A DNA stretch of 64,000 nucleotides from Macrostomum lignano. Its lineage: Eukaryota. Under the pieces are notes generated by a model. That model saw only the letters and a program-made list of their open reading frames with translations. It ran no database searches and had not been told where the DNA came from. Shown in pieces: positions 1 through 11,800 of the stretch; the stretch's first letter is position 1, and each line of letters starts with the position of its first letter. Both the position numbers and the translations under genes were made by a program. The DNA is taken from positions 248,001 to 312,000 of the forward strand of contig NIVC01000528.1 in the NCBI GenBank assembly GCA_002269645.1. The letters run 5' to 3'.

Positions 1-2
1 TC

Positions 3-1610
3 AGTCGGGACGACGAGCTGGCCAGCCGAGCCGTCGAGCTGGTCGACAGCCTCGGTCTGTGGGACCGCGTCCGCTGCGCCCTGTTCCTCCTGGTGGACTT
101 TTGCTGCTCCAGCCTGGCCAGCCCGACTGACGAGGCGCAGCTCGCTCGGTTCTTCGCCAGACTGTCGCGCCGGCATCCGGACGCGTGCGCTCGGCTGCTG
201 AGCGAGGAGCTGACGGCCGACTGCCTGACACCGCTGGAGTACGCGGCGGCCAGGGACTGCTTCCACCTGGCGACAGCGTTCGCCAATGCGCCCGGATACC
301 TGATCAGAGAGCGGGAGCACCCGACCGACCCGAGCCTGCTGGTCGAGGAGGTCGACCTCAGCCTCTACTTCAGCGACGGCGACCGCTTTCTGAAGTCCCC
401 GTTCCAACAGTTTCTCCGGTCGTCTCAAACGTTCTTGAATGAGAAAATCCCGAAAAGATGTGTCTGCTTTTTCAGCAGTCCAGTGGCTCAGGCCTATTTT
501 GCAAGCGTGGCTCCAACGAAGCAGAGATGATTTCTTTGCTTAGTTTCGATTCTATTTTACGTTATTCTGTATGCAGCAGTGCTTTTAACAATGACCGTTC
601 GAATATTTACTCGGGACACATTCGACTCCCGTGTGCAGGTGCTGCTTGATGGTGCCGAAAATTCAAGCCGGTCTTACCTGCAGCTCCTTCCGCCATCGCT
701 GGTTGCTGCTTGTCGCTATGCATTATATGCTCGGATTGCGTTGCAAAGCTGTAGCCTGCTGGGCTGTCTGTTCTGGATTGCGGCACGAGTTGTTGACTTT
801 CTCAGCCGGCTTCAGGCCGCCCGAAATCGTTTCGGAGCGTTTCACTGTTTTTTTAATATTTTTTTCATGAGAGTAGTTGGCCTGATGGAGCTGATTTCGA
901 TATTATTCGTTATTCAGCAGATCGGATTTGTGGTATTGGAGCAGAGCTTCTTCAGCAACCCGGATAGCTACTTTGAGCTGAATGGACAACTGTTTGTCGA
1001 CTCTTACCGCATTCAAATGATTGTGACGTTCAACTATTACTACATGTACATCTTGCAGATGCTGTGTATTTCAGATCTGGCCATAAAGTTCAAACTGTTT
1101 TTAAAGATTCTACTCTGTAGTAGGTTCACAGTGAAGATGCTGTTTTGCATTTTTGTGCCCGTGTTCGTTGTTGGGTCAACTATGCTTCTCAGTTATCCAT
1201 TTTTAGAATGCTCGAATTACTCTTCAGCTTGCTTTCCGGAATATTTTGGTCGGGTGCTTCGCTTCATTTTCAGCCTATCCAGCTTTCCTGGGGTGATCGA
1301 CTCCATCTCTTATCTCTTATCGTTTATCGTGTTCAATTCGGTTCCAGTCTTCGACCTCAACTTCGGCGTAGCACTGCTCACCCAGCAGATCGCCGTGCTC
1401 TATGAGAACATGAAGTTTCGCAAGGTGATCGTCGAAACTTACTGGTCGATGCAGTACACTGCATGTCATTCGTTACAGGCTCTGTAGGCTTTTCCTATCG
1501 GCCAAGAATCGCCCAGTGGTCCTGCAGAGAGTTGTGTCCCAACTCCGAGTCGAGTGCACAAGCGGCAGCAAGAGCTGCTGCGTTCCGAACTGCTTTCGGC
1601 AACATTTTAA
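3..1610 (+). CDS. Divergent TRPV-like cation channel, 5' end outside the window, interrupted by in-frame TGA (528-530); ends at TAG 1485-1487 or, if that is also bypassed, TAA 1608-1610
   Basis: One frame runs from position 3 (SRDDELASRA...). It contains an ankyrin-like LTPLEYAAARDCFHLA, then QR*FLCLVSILFYVILYAAVLLTM (S1-like helix right after the TGA), further hydrophobic segments, and an S6/TRP-box-like FDLNFGVALLTQQIAVLYENMKFRKVIVETYWSMQ (compare TRPV LLNMLIALMGET...IWKLQ). No intron is needed over 1.6 kb. Confidence 0.65.
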
Positions 1611-2102
1611 AAACATTTCCAAGTAGCACTGCGTCAGTGTAAACTACGAGTTGTTAATTTGAACTAAATATTCCACTTGAATTCTGAGTCGAAAAAACGT
1701 AACACTTGCTTGCAATGTCATTTTGATAATGGATGTAGAGCTAGTTTTACAACTTTTTGCGAGCTTTTAAATAATGTTTAGGTCGGAACCCGAGCATCTA
1801 TCAAAGGCATAAAGTTTGAAAGCTTGCTATGGTAAACAGTTAATAGCAAATTGTAAACTATTATTCTAAGAATAACGTCGCAGATTTGATTCTCGGTGTA
1901 TTTATTAAAAATCTCGACTCGAAAATACGAAAATCTACTGAATAAAAAATCAAGTGGAAGAACGTAGAATCTCACATAATTCGTTTTAAAAAATCTTTGA
2001 AGAAATCAGATTTGGTCTTTTGCTTTGAGTTACAATATTAATACGCTATAATTTGTGTGTAAGAGACGGATCTTTAAGTAGTAAAGTCGTGGTCTAAGCT
2101 TC

Positions 2103-4337
2103 TCAGGCCTCGGTAAACACGCGCAGCAGGAATTCAGTCTCCTCCCCCGGCTCAAAGGTGCACGGCATCACCGCGTACCGGCCCGGCTTCATCTGAAACC
2201 TGAAGACATGCGTTCGCGACTGCGTGAACGGGCAGCTGTCCGCCGCGGGAGCCAGCCGTCTGCCGCCAGCCGGCGCTGCGACGTGCGTCTGGCCGGGCGC
2301 CAGGCTGTAGAGAAACACCGCCTTGGCCGCGTAGTCCCGCCTCCCAGCCTGCAAAATGCGCTGGTCCGGCTCTTCCAGGCTCACCTGGAAAATGGCGTGC
2401 GGTCGCGGGGGGGGTTGAAGCTGCTGATTTTGAGCATTCCTTGTGGCGTCTTTTTGATTGAAAATTTTGAGTAGATCTACGAGTATCAATGACACAAACA
2501 AACAATAAACCCTAACAAACAGATCCCTCACAATGCACTTTTGTTTTCGGATTTCGGAAATGTTTCATTGGTCATGGTTGCTTCTGTATTTTGCTTTTTT
2601 CTCGGGTTCTCGTAATCAAGAGCTCCTTACTTGAGACTTCTGCCTCCTTCTTGCAGTCACGTAGTCGTCGATTCTTCTACATGTACGGTCAAAAATATAT
2701 TAAAACAGTGCTGTATTTTCGAGGAAAAGATGACGTTAAATACGTCGTTAAACTCAATTAACCATGCTTTGATAAAGTATAGACAATTACAATTTAGAAT
2801 GAGAATTTTTTGCAGCTCATATATAAAATTAGACACTAATATAAACACCCAGCCGTTTCCTTTTCGAAAAAACCGACTTACCAAACACGCCGCTGTGTCG
2901 TCCTCATCATCGGGCGAGTCAACCAGCTCGACAACAAACTGTGGATTAGTAAAGTGGCTGTCCCTGTAGTAGGGCTGACCGCCTGCACTCACTCCCTTCT
3001 TCCACTCGCCATAGAACCCGTGACAGCGCCACTCGGTGGCTCCGCGGCCTCCGAGACCGCCATCACCGCCAAAGGAGCTCTCCGCCGGCGAGCCAAAATG
3101 CAGGATGGTGACGGCTCGAAAGAATTTGGCGAAATCGGCGAAGCTCATCCAGAACTCGCCGTCGTCTCGGCTGACCAGCTGGACCGCTCTCTTCTGTTCC
3201 TCGCTCCAGCCTCGGTAGTTGTCCGACCAGTCGCCTCCCCACTCGGTGGAGCCCCACGGGTTGCGCACGCGGATGAGTTCGAGATCGCGCCACTTACCCA
3301 TAGCGGACCCGGTTTTTACCTGGTGTTACGAATTCCGAATGACATAATTAACGGGTGGTTCAAAACTGTTTGTTGGACATCCTCCTAACATTTGTTTCTG
3401 ACGCTTTATGCCAGAACCTTTTCTGCTTAAAATTCAAATGTCGGGAATGTACTACAATAATAAACTTAGCTGTCTGTAAAGATCAGATCACTTTCAAATC
3501 AAACCCAATTTGTGTTTCAGGTAGCAACAAACAACACAGGATCCAAATAAATCAAATGAAATCGCCTACCTGAATGACTTTAAGTCCAGTGATGGTGTAG
3601 GCGTGGCTGTAAACCAGCCCGTTTCCCATTTCGTAATCGTCACCGTTGTGACTGGGAATGCTGGAGGCGCCAATCACGGAGCCTTTCCTGTTCAGGCAGC
3701 GCTCGATGTGTCTGGCCAGTTTCGGGTGCTGACTTTCCTTCCAGTCTTTCAGCTTGATATCCTCGCAGACTCCACCAGTCAGGTCGGCCAGCGCTTCAAA
3801 GATGACGCCGCCCTCAAGAGCCTCGTAGCAACCGTAGAACTTTGCTAGAGCCTTCTCCAACAGGCAGACCCAGAACTCACCGTTCAGCGGCTCTGTGTAG
3901 ATCGTCCTGCCGCCCTCCGTGGGCAGCCGATCGTCCACCAAGATCTCGACCTCCTTGCCGAACTTGCGAAATCTGAACCGAAATGCGCCACAGTAGTTGG
4001 GTGCCTCCATCGACTGGCCTTCAGGCACAACTCGGTTGATGATCTCGGGTCTCTCAGCCATGCCAGCCATCGCTGCAAGAATCCAGCAATCGCCCAGGCC
4101 GCCCTGCGAGATGTCGCTCCTTGAGAAGCCGTCCTTAATGAAAGTTGCATTGGGATTGATCTGCTTCGGTCGGAGCCACTTTATTCCGTACCTGCCAGTC
4201 GATCCGGTGTGCTTGATGGCTCGATCGTTGGCTGGAAACTCCGGGTCCTCGTACATGGACTGTCTGCTGCAGCACATGGTTAAAATGTTCTCGTGCTTCT
4301 GCAACAGCTCTTCGAGCTCATCCTCCATGTCGGTCAT
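2103..4337 (-). CDS. Calpain (CysPc + C2-like domain, no penta-EF-hand); exons 4337-3570, 3319-2882, 2384-2103
   Basis: Catalytic motifs QGGLGDCW (Cys), SHAY (His) and RNPWG (Asn), plus DGEFWMSF, NPQF and GRYAVMPCTFEPGEETEFLLRVFTE. All three exons join in phase 0 at GT-AG sites. Confidence 0.92.
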
Positions 4338-5025
4338 TTTTCTTTGTTAAGTTTAACAATTAATTTTTTTCCTATCGAAGCGTTCTAAAGGCTTTTGTTG
4401 CGGCCCTGGCCCGGTGTATATGAAAGCTTGCTTTTGGTACTGAGGGTGGCGTGAAAAAAGCTGCTTGTACGCTTGGAAGCATTTGGACGGCGCAGAGAAA
4501 ATGAGAAGCGGTGTTTATGAAAACTTTGAGCATGAAAAAAATTGAGGTGCAGCTTGTTGCCAAGCGCGCTTCTGCACTCAAGGGTTTGGCATTGTACAGC
4601 TGCTAACGTTGAGCGCTAATCTCTTTCGGTGTGTTCTACTCTTGCGTTACGTTAATTTTTCTGCCCCTCTCTCTTCTATCTCTCTCAGTCGCCAAGCCTC
4701 CTTTTCTGAGCTTCATCTACGCGACAAAGTGTATGCTCATAAATAATCCACTTTCGTATTAGTCGGCATTCTTGATCATTTTAGTTCTCGTAATCGAAGT
4801 GGACCAAGACTACCTGCATTTATGATGTAATTTGCTGCACGCATTCAGTACAGATTACATGAGACATGCCTAATTTGTCTATTAAAATCTCGGGTGCTAT
4901 TTTAAGAGTTTTTCAAACTTTCAACACATTTTCCCCAGAACCGTTCGAGACTGCGGGGGTTTATAAGTGCATTGTAAAAATTAATCACTTTTTTATTAAA
5001 ATTGAGTTTTTGCAGCTCCCAAAAC

Positions 5026-5926
5026 TAGGGGTGTTCGGGGTTCGGGGTTCGGTCGGGGTTCGGGGTCGGGGTTCGGGGTCCCGATAAATGTTCGGGATCG
5101 GGGTTCGGGACGGGATTTTGGACCAGGATTTCGGGGTTTTCGGGGTTTCGCAAATTTTCTGAATTCCCATAGAACTACGAAAAAATCCATATGAATTAGA
5201 ATGTCGTCCTCTATGGTCTGCGGCAATTTCTTTCTGCTGATGTTGACGGCGTCGATCGATCCATTCGGAGGCGTCTTATGGAGCAGCTGAACAAGTGCAC
5301 GCTTGAGTGCAAAGACTTCAACATCTTGTTCTACAAGACCGCTGCTTTTCTAGACAATACCATCGCCTCATCTAAACCTGGGTGACATGGTGGACATCCA
5401 AAACCGTCTCAAGAGTGAGGTCATCTGGAGCCTTGAGCAGGAGCTTTCTGGGCAAGATGCCGCTGCTGCTGCCAGCAGCGCAAATACAATGGCCGCTACC
5501 GAGGAGATGCACGATAATGTCATTTCGGGTACTGAAGAGAGCTCTGGATGCAAGTTTTTGCAGTTCTGCAGATTATCTGGAATTACCACTCAGGAGTGCA
5601 ATGCGACTGCGAGTGCATCGAACTCCGGCGCCAGAGGAGACGCGAGGAAGAAGGAAGCGAGGCGCAGAGCAGCTGATCAGCTTTCTCTGTACAGGAGTCT
5701 GGCGCAGCAGAATTTTCAGGTAGCAGTCAGCGAATTCTGGAAGCAGAACTCCGCTAATCTTCCAGAGCTGGCAGAGCTCGCTAAGCTTCACCTCACTGCC
5801 CCAGCATCATCTGTCCCATCAGAGTGCGCCTTCAGTGCTGCCGGTTTTCTAAAGCGCAAGGAACGCTGCATCCTTTCCAGCTCATCGCTCGGCAAGTTAA
5901 TGTTCTTGCGAGACAAATTCGATTAG
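5026..5926 (+). mobile_element. Internally deleted hAT DNA transposon remnant
   Basis: TAGGGGTGTTCGGGG start followed by repeated GGGGTTCGG subterminal motifs (5026-5150). Transposase fragment YKTAAFLD, then a frameshift into the hAT C-terminal dimerisation domain (EFWKQNSANLPELAELAKLHLTAPASSVPSECAFSAAG). No right TIR found. Confidence 0.75.
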
Positions 5927-7229
5927 CTGTATGCCATATTCGTTGAGCCAGAGACTGTAAAGTGACTCGCGTTCTATTCTATTATCACTTGGTAGTCTGA
6001 TCATTTAGATTAGATGACATGAGAATTCAGATGATTTTAGTGTTTACTAGCGTCAACGTGCATCAATGGCAATGCCACCAAAGACTAAGTAAACGAGATT
6101 AAGAAAAAGAGAGATTGATTCTTCATTGATAAGATAGCTTCCATCTCTGCAGAGAAAGAGACACATGATGTTTCACACATCAAACACATCAAAATTGCTG
6201 CACAATGAACACAACCGAGTTCGTAAGTTCGTTAGTTCGTATTTCGTATTCGTAATCGATGGAATTGAATAATATACTGAATAAATAGTGGTTTTCGAAC
6301 CTTGAGTTCACTATTTGATTCACTATTGGAAAAAGAAAACAAAAGAAATGCAACCTGCCTTAAATTTATTTCACATTAATTTTAAGTTGAACTGAAAGTC
6401 TGAACAGGCTAATAGTCGTAAGTAGCCGTCAGTAACCGTAACTAAACAGTAACCGTAGAAACTGCAAGACTCCAAAAATCATGCAATTATTGCTTGCAAT
6501 GATCCACTTCCTGTGCTAGTATGTGCTCTAAATTCCAACCAGGGAGCTATGTGAGTCATACGGGGAAAGACTTGGATTCCTCCAGTTTCGGGACTAAGTT
6601 TACTAGCCCTTACCCTGTAAAGTATAACATTTTAGCACCGAGGAAAACAGCATTAAATTTTTGCGGACCAGACCAAAGGCGTAGTCATATCACTTTTTGC
6701 AACCCAAACAAAGGTTTCTTTGTCGGAAATCGAGTACCAGCTGGTAAAACTTGGCACAAGATGCCACTACACTACATGAATATTGTGTTAGACATAGGCT
6801 GAGTTTTGTTACATTTAAAAAACGAAGCTTTAGTTCGCATATCTCTTTTAATTTTTTACCTTATTCATTCATACACTAAAATTCGATGTATTTCTAAAAT
6901 CATTAAAGTTACAAAAGTATCCGTAATCCAAAACTTTTAGCGACGATTTGTTATATTTTAGTAAGAGAGTCCTTATTTGATTTAAAATGGGTAAAGTACT
7001 GTTGTTTTTCCAAGCTAGACCTGCTGCTTTTTTAAGTTCCTTCAAAATCAAAACCAAGTTATGTTTCAGAATACCAAAATATCAGTGTTATCAAATAAAA
7101 AATTTAAGAATTAAACGTGGTAATCGATACCAAAATGTGTTTGGCGTTTGGACTTACCTGGGTTCCGTTTTTTGTAGGCAACAATACAAAATTCAGGTAA
7201 AGTTGCTCGCTTGGCAAGTAAGATAAATG

Positions 7230-7350
7230 GGAAGGCGAAAATCAACATTAAATTTATAGCGACGCTCAAAAATAAACCTAGCCTGGGCTGAAGATGCACA
7301 GTTTCGTGCGAAACGCGTCGCTATAAATTTAATGTTGATTTTCGCCTTCC
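7230..7350. repeat. Perfect 36-bp inverted repeat with 49-nt loop
   Basis: GGAAGGCGAAAATCAACATTAAATTTATAGCGACGC (7230-7265) is the exact reverse complement of 7315-7350. Confidence 0.95.
7279..7323 (+). ncRNA. Minimal type I hammerhead ribozyme motif (Penelope-like element type)
   Basis: CTGAAGA (7288-7294), stem II GCAC-agtttc-GTGC, GAAA (7310-7313), palindromic stem III ACGCGT, GTC cleavage triplet (7317-7319). Stem I partner TAGC/GCTA is offset from the core by 5 extra nt. Confidence 0.65.
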
Positions 7351-8822
7351 TAACAATACAAAAAATCAAGAATTTTGGACAACGCACACACCTATTGCAA
7401 CACCTATATTTAAATTGTTTTAATGTTTTACACCTACATACCATTGTTATCAGATTGAATAATAAATATAAGCCCCTATGCCATAATAGATGCTATGCAT
7501 AAAAATATATAAAATTAAAAAAAACATTTAATCTAGACTTATAGAGTATAGGCTCTAACACATTGTATTAAATCTGTTATATTTCTAGCAAGGACCTAAC
7601 TATTATTTTGACACTAACTAAGTATTTTATTACTTTGATTACAAAAAGAAATAAATAGTATAAAGTCAAAATTAGTTTGTTAGAATTTCAAAAATCAAGT
7701 GCAAATAATGCATTGCTATGGCTTTATTGATATAAATGTCTAATAATGTTTTTTTCTCATTTTTCTCTTTAAATTATCCTATTATGATAAATCCATTGGT
7801 AAAATTTTGCTAGATAGTTTTTAGTGCATCCAGTGCATATATATATTATTTGAATAGAATAGACTATTTCTAAATCTAGATTACTATAAAAAGTACTTAT
7901 TCTTTATTGTTTGCAATAGGGCCAGTTTTTAGTTAGCTCAAAATAAATGATTTGTAATAAAAAAACTATAAGTTAAAGTAGTTGAAGAGTAGTTGAAATT
8001 AGAGTCTAACCAAGTTGAAAGTAACAAAATAATATGTACAAATTGTGACTATTTAATCTAAATATCATAATCCTCATGTCAATATTCTTATAGATAGATC
8101 TAGATTTTGGGTAAATTTGAAAACATTCAAGATCTTGCCAAAATATGACAAAAAGTAAATTGTATTAATATCTATAAGGTATTCTTTATAATAAAATAAA
8201 TCTCTCAATAAATTATTTTTTTAAACTGTACAAGCGTATAAATTGAAAAAAAATTGTGTAAAAAAAAGTTAAAAACTAACTCTTGCTTAGAAATTTTGGA
8301 ATTATAAATAAAAAATTTGAATTTTTATTATCAATTGATGATGAACTATTAAGAATCAACTATTTTGTTATTTTCATGCTATCTGTGGCAGCTAGCAATG
8401 ACCATCAAATCCATGAGCTGAGTGGTGTGGTCTCAAATGCAATTTGCATGCCAAGATAGTCAGGCATCCAGCAGTATCTGCATGTGTACCAAAGTTGGTA
8501 TCCTGTCAGCTTATTGCTATGTTAATGACACCTGCATGAGCTGGATCGAACCATACCAACAGCTGCAGCCACATCAGAAGTGTGCCTCCCTGTCCACCAT
8601 TGCCCTGAACATGGTAGGCAGCTTTTAGTGTCAATCTGGGATTCTGGGTTATTTTAAACTGAGAATTTCATACTTTTGTCTTCATCTTGTAGAAATAAAC
8701 TACTGGTCCTTGCTCACGTCCGCCTCTTGATGAATTTATTGAATACCTCGACAATCTTGAAAATTGGAATGATCAGTTTTCTCTATTTTCTTTGAAAAGA
8801 AGAGCACAATGTACTCATTCAG

Positions 8823-11800
8823 CTGTGCACCGCCTGCAGGACTCCACTGACCACGCAGACGGTCTGGCGCACTTTGCCGGATGCTTTGGCGCGGGCGGCA
8901 GCGAAAGCGGTGGTTTGTCTGTCGGCTGCGTGTCGGGGCCGAAGCGCAGCGACTCCCTTCCGGGCCCGGCCGATCCCATCGGCTCTGCGGGATTCTTCCC
9001 TGATCTGCAGGCTGCCGCGGACGAGCCGCAGTCCGACCACGAGACCGTGCTGTTCGAGCTGACCAGGGTGCCTGCCGAGGATCTGGCGCGCGAACTGACG
9101 CTCATATTTCTGCGGGAATTCCAGGTGAAATCTGCTGGCAGATTTGGGGATTGGTGTCTCAGGGTGAGATTTTAGAGCGGAAATATCAAGGTGAGATTCT
9201 AGATCGGAGATCTCAGGGTGAGATTCTAGAGCGGAGATCTCAGGGTGAGATTCTAAATCTAGCATCTTCAGGGGAGATTCTAGAGCTGAAATATCAGGGT
9301 GAAATTCTAGATCGGAGATCTCAGGGTGAGATTCTAGAGCGGAAATATCAAGGTGAGATTCTAGATCGGAGATCTCAGGGTGAGATTCTAGATCGGAGAT
9401 CTCAGGGTGAGATTCTAAATCTAAATCTAGCATCTTCAGGGGAGATTCTAAATCTGAAGTATCAGGGTGAAATTCTAAATCGGAGATCTCAGGGTGAAAT
9501 TCTAGATCGAAAATCTCAGGGTGAGATTCTAGATCGGAGATCTCAGGGTGAGATTCTAGATCGGAAATCTCAGGGTGAGATTCTAAATCTAGCATCTTCA
9601 GGGGAGATTCTAGAGCGGAAATATCAGGGTGAAATTCTAGATCGGAAATCTCAGGGTGAGATTCTAAATCTAGCATCTTCAGGGTGGGATTCTAGATCGG
9701 AGATCTCAGGGTGGGATTCTAGATCGGAGATCTCAGGGTGACATTCTAGATCGGAAATCTCAGGGTGAGATTCTAGATCGTAAGTCTCAGTTTGAGATCC
9801 CAGCTCCCAAACCCCGCACCCCCAGGCCATCACTCCTGACGAGCTGACAAGCCTGGGCTGGTCCAAGCGGGACAAGCTGGTCCGAGCGCCGAACGTGGTC
9901 AGGTTCACCCTGCTCTTCAACCGGGTGAACTTCTGGGCCCAGCGCTGCATCCTGGAGGCCAAGCAGCTGCCGCACCGGGCCGCGGTGATGGCGCACTTCA
10001 TCCGGCTGGGCAAGAAGCTGCTGCGCCACCAGAACTTGCACGCCGCCTTCGCCCTGCTGGCCGCGCTGCAGTCGCAGCCGGTCTATCGGTTGAAGCGAAC
10101 CTGGGACCTCCTGCCCAGGAAGTGCTGCGACGCCTACCAGCGACTGGTGGACCTGTTCTCTGCGGACAACAACCACGACAGACTGCGCCGCTTCCTGCAG
10201 GAGGCCCGGCTGCCCATCATTCCTTATCTTGGTGAGGCTGGGGTTGCTGCTGGCAAGACTTCTTTAACATTTCTTGAGGTGTTTGTATTTTTGATTGTGA
10301 TTTTTTTACTGATTTTTTCTGCCAACGTTCCTGGTTTTTAATTTGGCATTCAAATAATTAGAAATCGAGGTTCGATCATTTGAAATTGAATTTTTAGATA
10401 GATTAATATAACATTGTTAGATAGCTTGCTATAAAATTGTTACATAGCTTAAAACAGAAGTGTTAGATAGTTTGAAATACGAGCTAGAAGTGTCAGATAG
10501 CTTGAACCAGAAGTGTTAGATAGCTTGAACCAGAAGTGTTAGATAGCTTGAACCAGAAGTGTTAGATAGCTTGAACCAGAAGTGTTAGATAGCTTGAACC
10601 AGAAGTGTTAGATAGCTTGAACCAGAAGTGTTAGATAGCTTGAACCAGAAGTGTTAGATAGCTTGAACCAGAAGTGTTAGATAGCTTGAACCAGAAGTGT
10701 TAGATAGCTTGAACCAGAAGTGTTAGATAGCTTGAACCAGAAGTGTTAGATAGCTTAAACCAGAACCCGATGCTACTGCACCATCCCGCAGGCCTGTACA
10801 TGAACGATCTGGTGTACATTGACGCCTGCTACCCCAGCACTGGCGGCCTGCTGGAGGCCCAGTCTCGCACGGACCAGATGAACAACATCTGTCGCATCAT
10901 ATCTGAGAATCAGCAGTCCGCTTACTGTGAGAGCCTGTGATTAACCTGTGATTAACCTGGCGCACATTTAATAGGCAAGAATGCTTCAGCCAGCTCAGCC
11001 GCTCCGATCCCGCAGCTTTCCCCAGCAAGCCGCACATCCGCCGCTACCTGGAGTCGCAGAGCTACATAGAGGAGATGCAGAGCATCATCGAGGCGGAGAA
11101 TTATAACATTTCCCTGGAGCTGGAGCCGAAGCAGGGCTCCGACAGTCAGCTGCTGGTTCGCCGAGGAGGCGGTCAAGACTGCGACGGCCAGCAGAGGCGG
11201 CGGCAGCGGCAGCAGCACCAGCCGGATTCGGTGCGCCTGAAGCCGCCCCAGGGGCTAGACTGTTGCTACGTGTCTGGGGACGGCGCCGGGGCCGTTACTA
11301 TGGTGTCTCATCGCAAGTCCAAGAGTCTGGGAGATGCGTGAGTGCTCATGCGTATTAGCTGGCTGAAGGCGCTTAAGATGTCCATAACATTTTAAAATTG
11401 AAGTTTAAACTTCACAAGCGCTGACAAACACTGCCCCAAAAATGCCTAATTAGTTTTTTTATAGCTTTTATGCCTTTTTTAAATGATCGCTTTCATAACA
11501 GAACCGCCTTCACGCCTCATCCATCACAGAACCGCCTTCACGCCTCATCCATCACAGAACCGCCTTCACGCCTCATCCATCACAGAACCGCCTTCACGCC
11601 CCATCCATCACAGAACCGCCTTCACGCCCCATCCATCACAGAACCGCCTTCACGCCCCATCCATCACAGAACCGCCTTCACGCCCCATCCATCACAGAAC
11701 CGCCTTCACGCCCCATCCATCACAGAACCGCCTTCACGCCCCATCCATCACAGAACCGCCTTCACGCCCCATCCATCACAGAACCGCCTTCACGCCCCGT

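Noticed and set aside
1488-1800. SECIS element making TGA 528 a selenocysteine
   Set aside because: No convincing ATGA..AA..GA kink-turn hairpin downstream, and the position fits Trp better than Cys.
6221-6330. Right end of the hAT element (TTCGT repeats)
   Set aside because: Not complementary to the TAGGGGTGTTCGGGG left end; orientation and sequence do not fit a TIR.
6987-6996. ATG-G|GTAAAG micro-exon as the RalGPS start (would give MAVHRLQ...)
   Set aside because: Phase-compatible but only 4 coding nt; such matches are expected by chance without transcript data.
7400-8350. Decayed LINE endonuclease on the minus strand (IIIG*F-like fragment)
   Set aside because: Very AT-rich with many stops; the motif resemblance is too weak without an HMM search.
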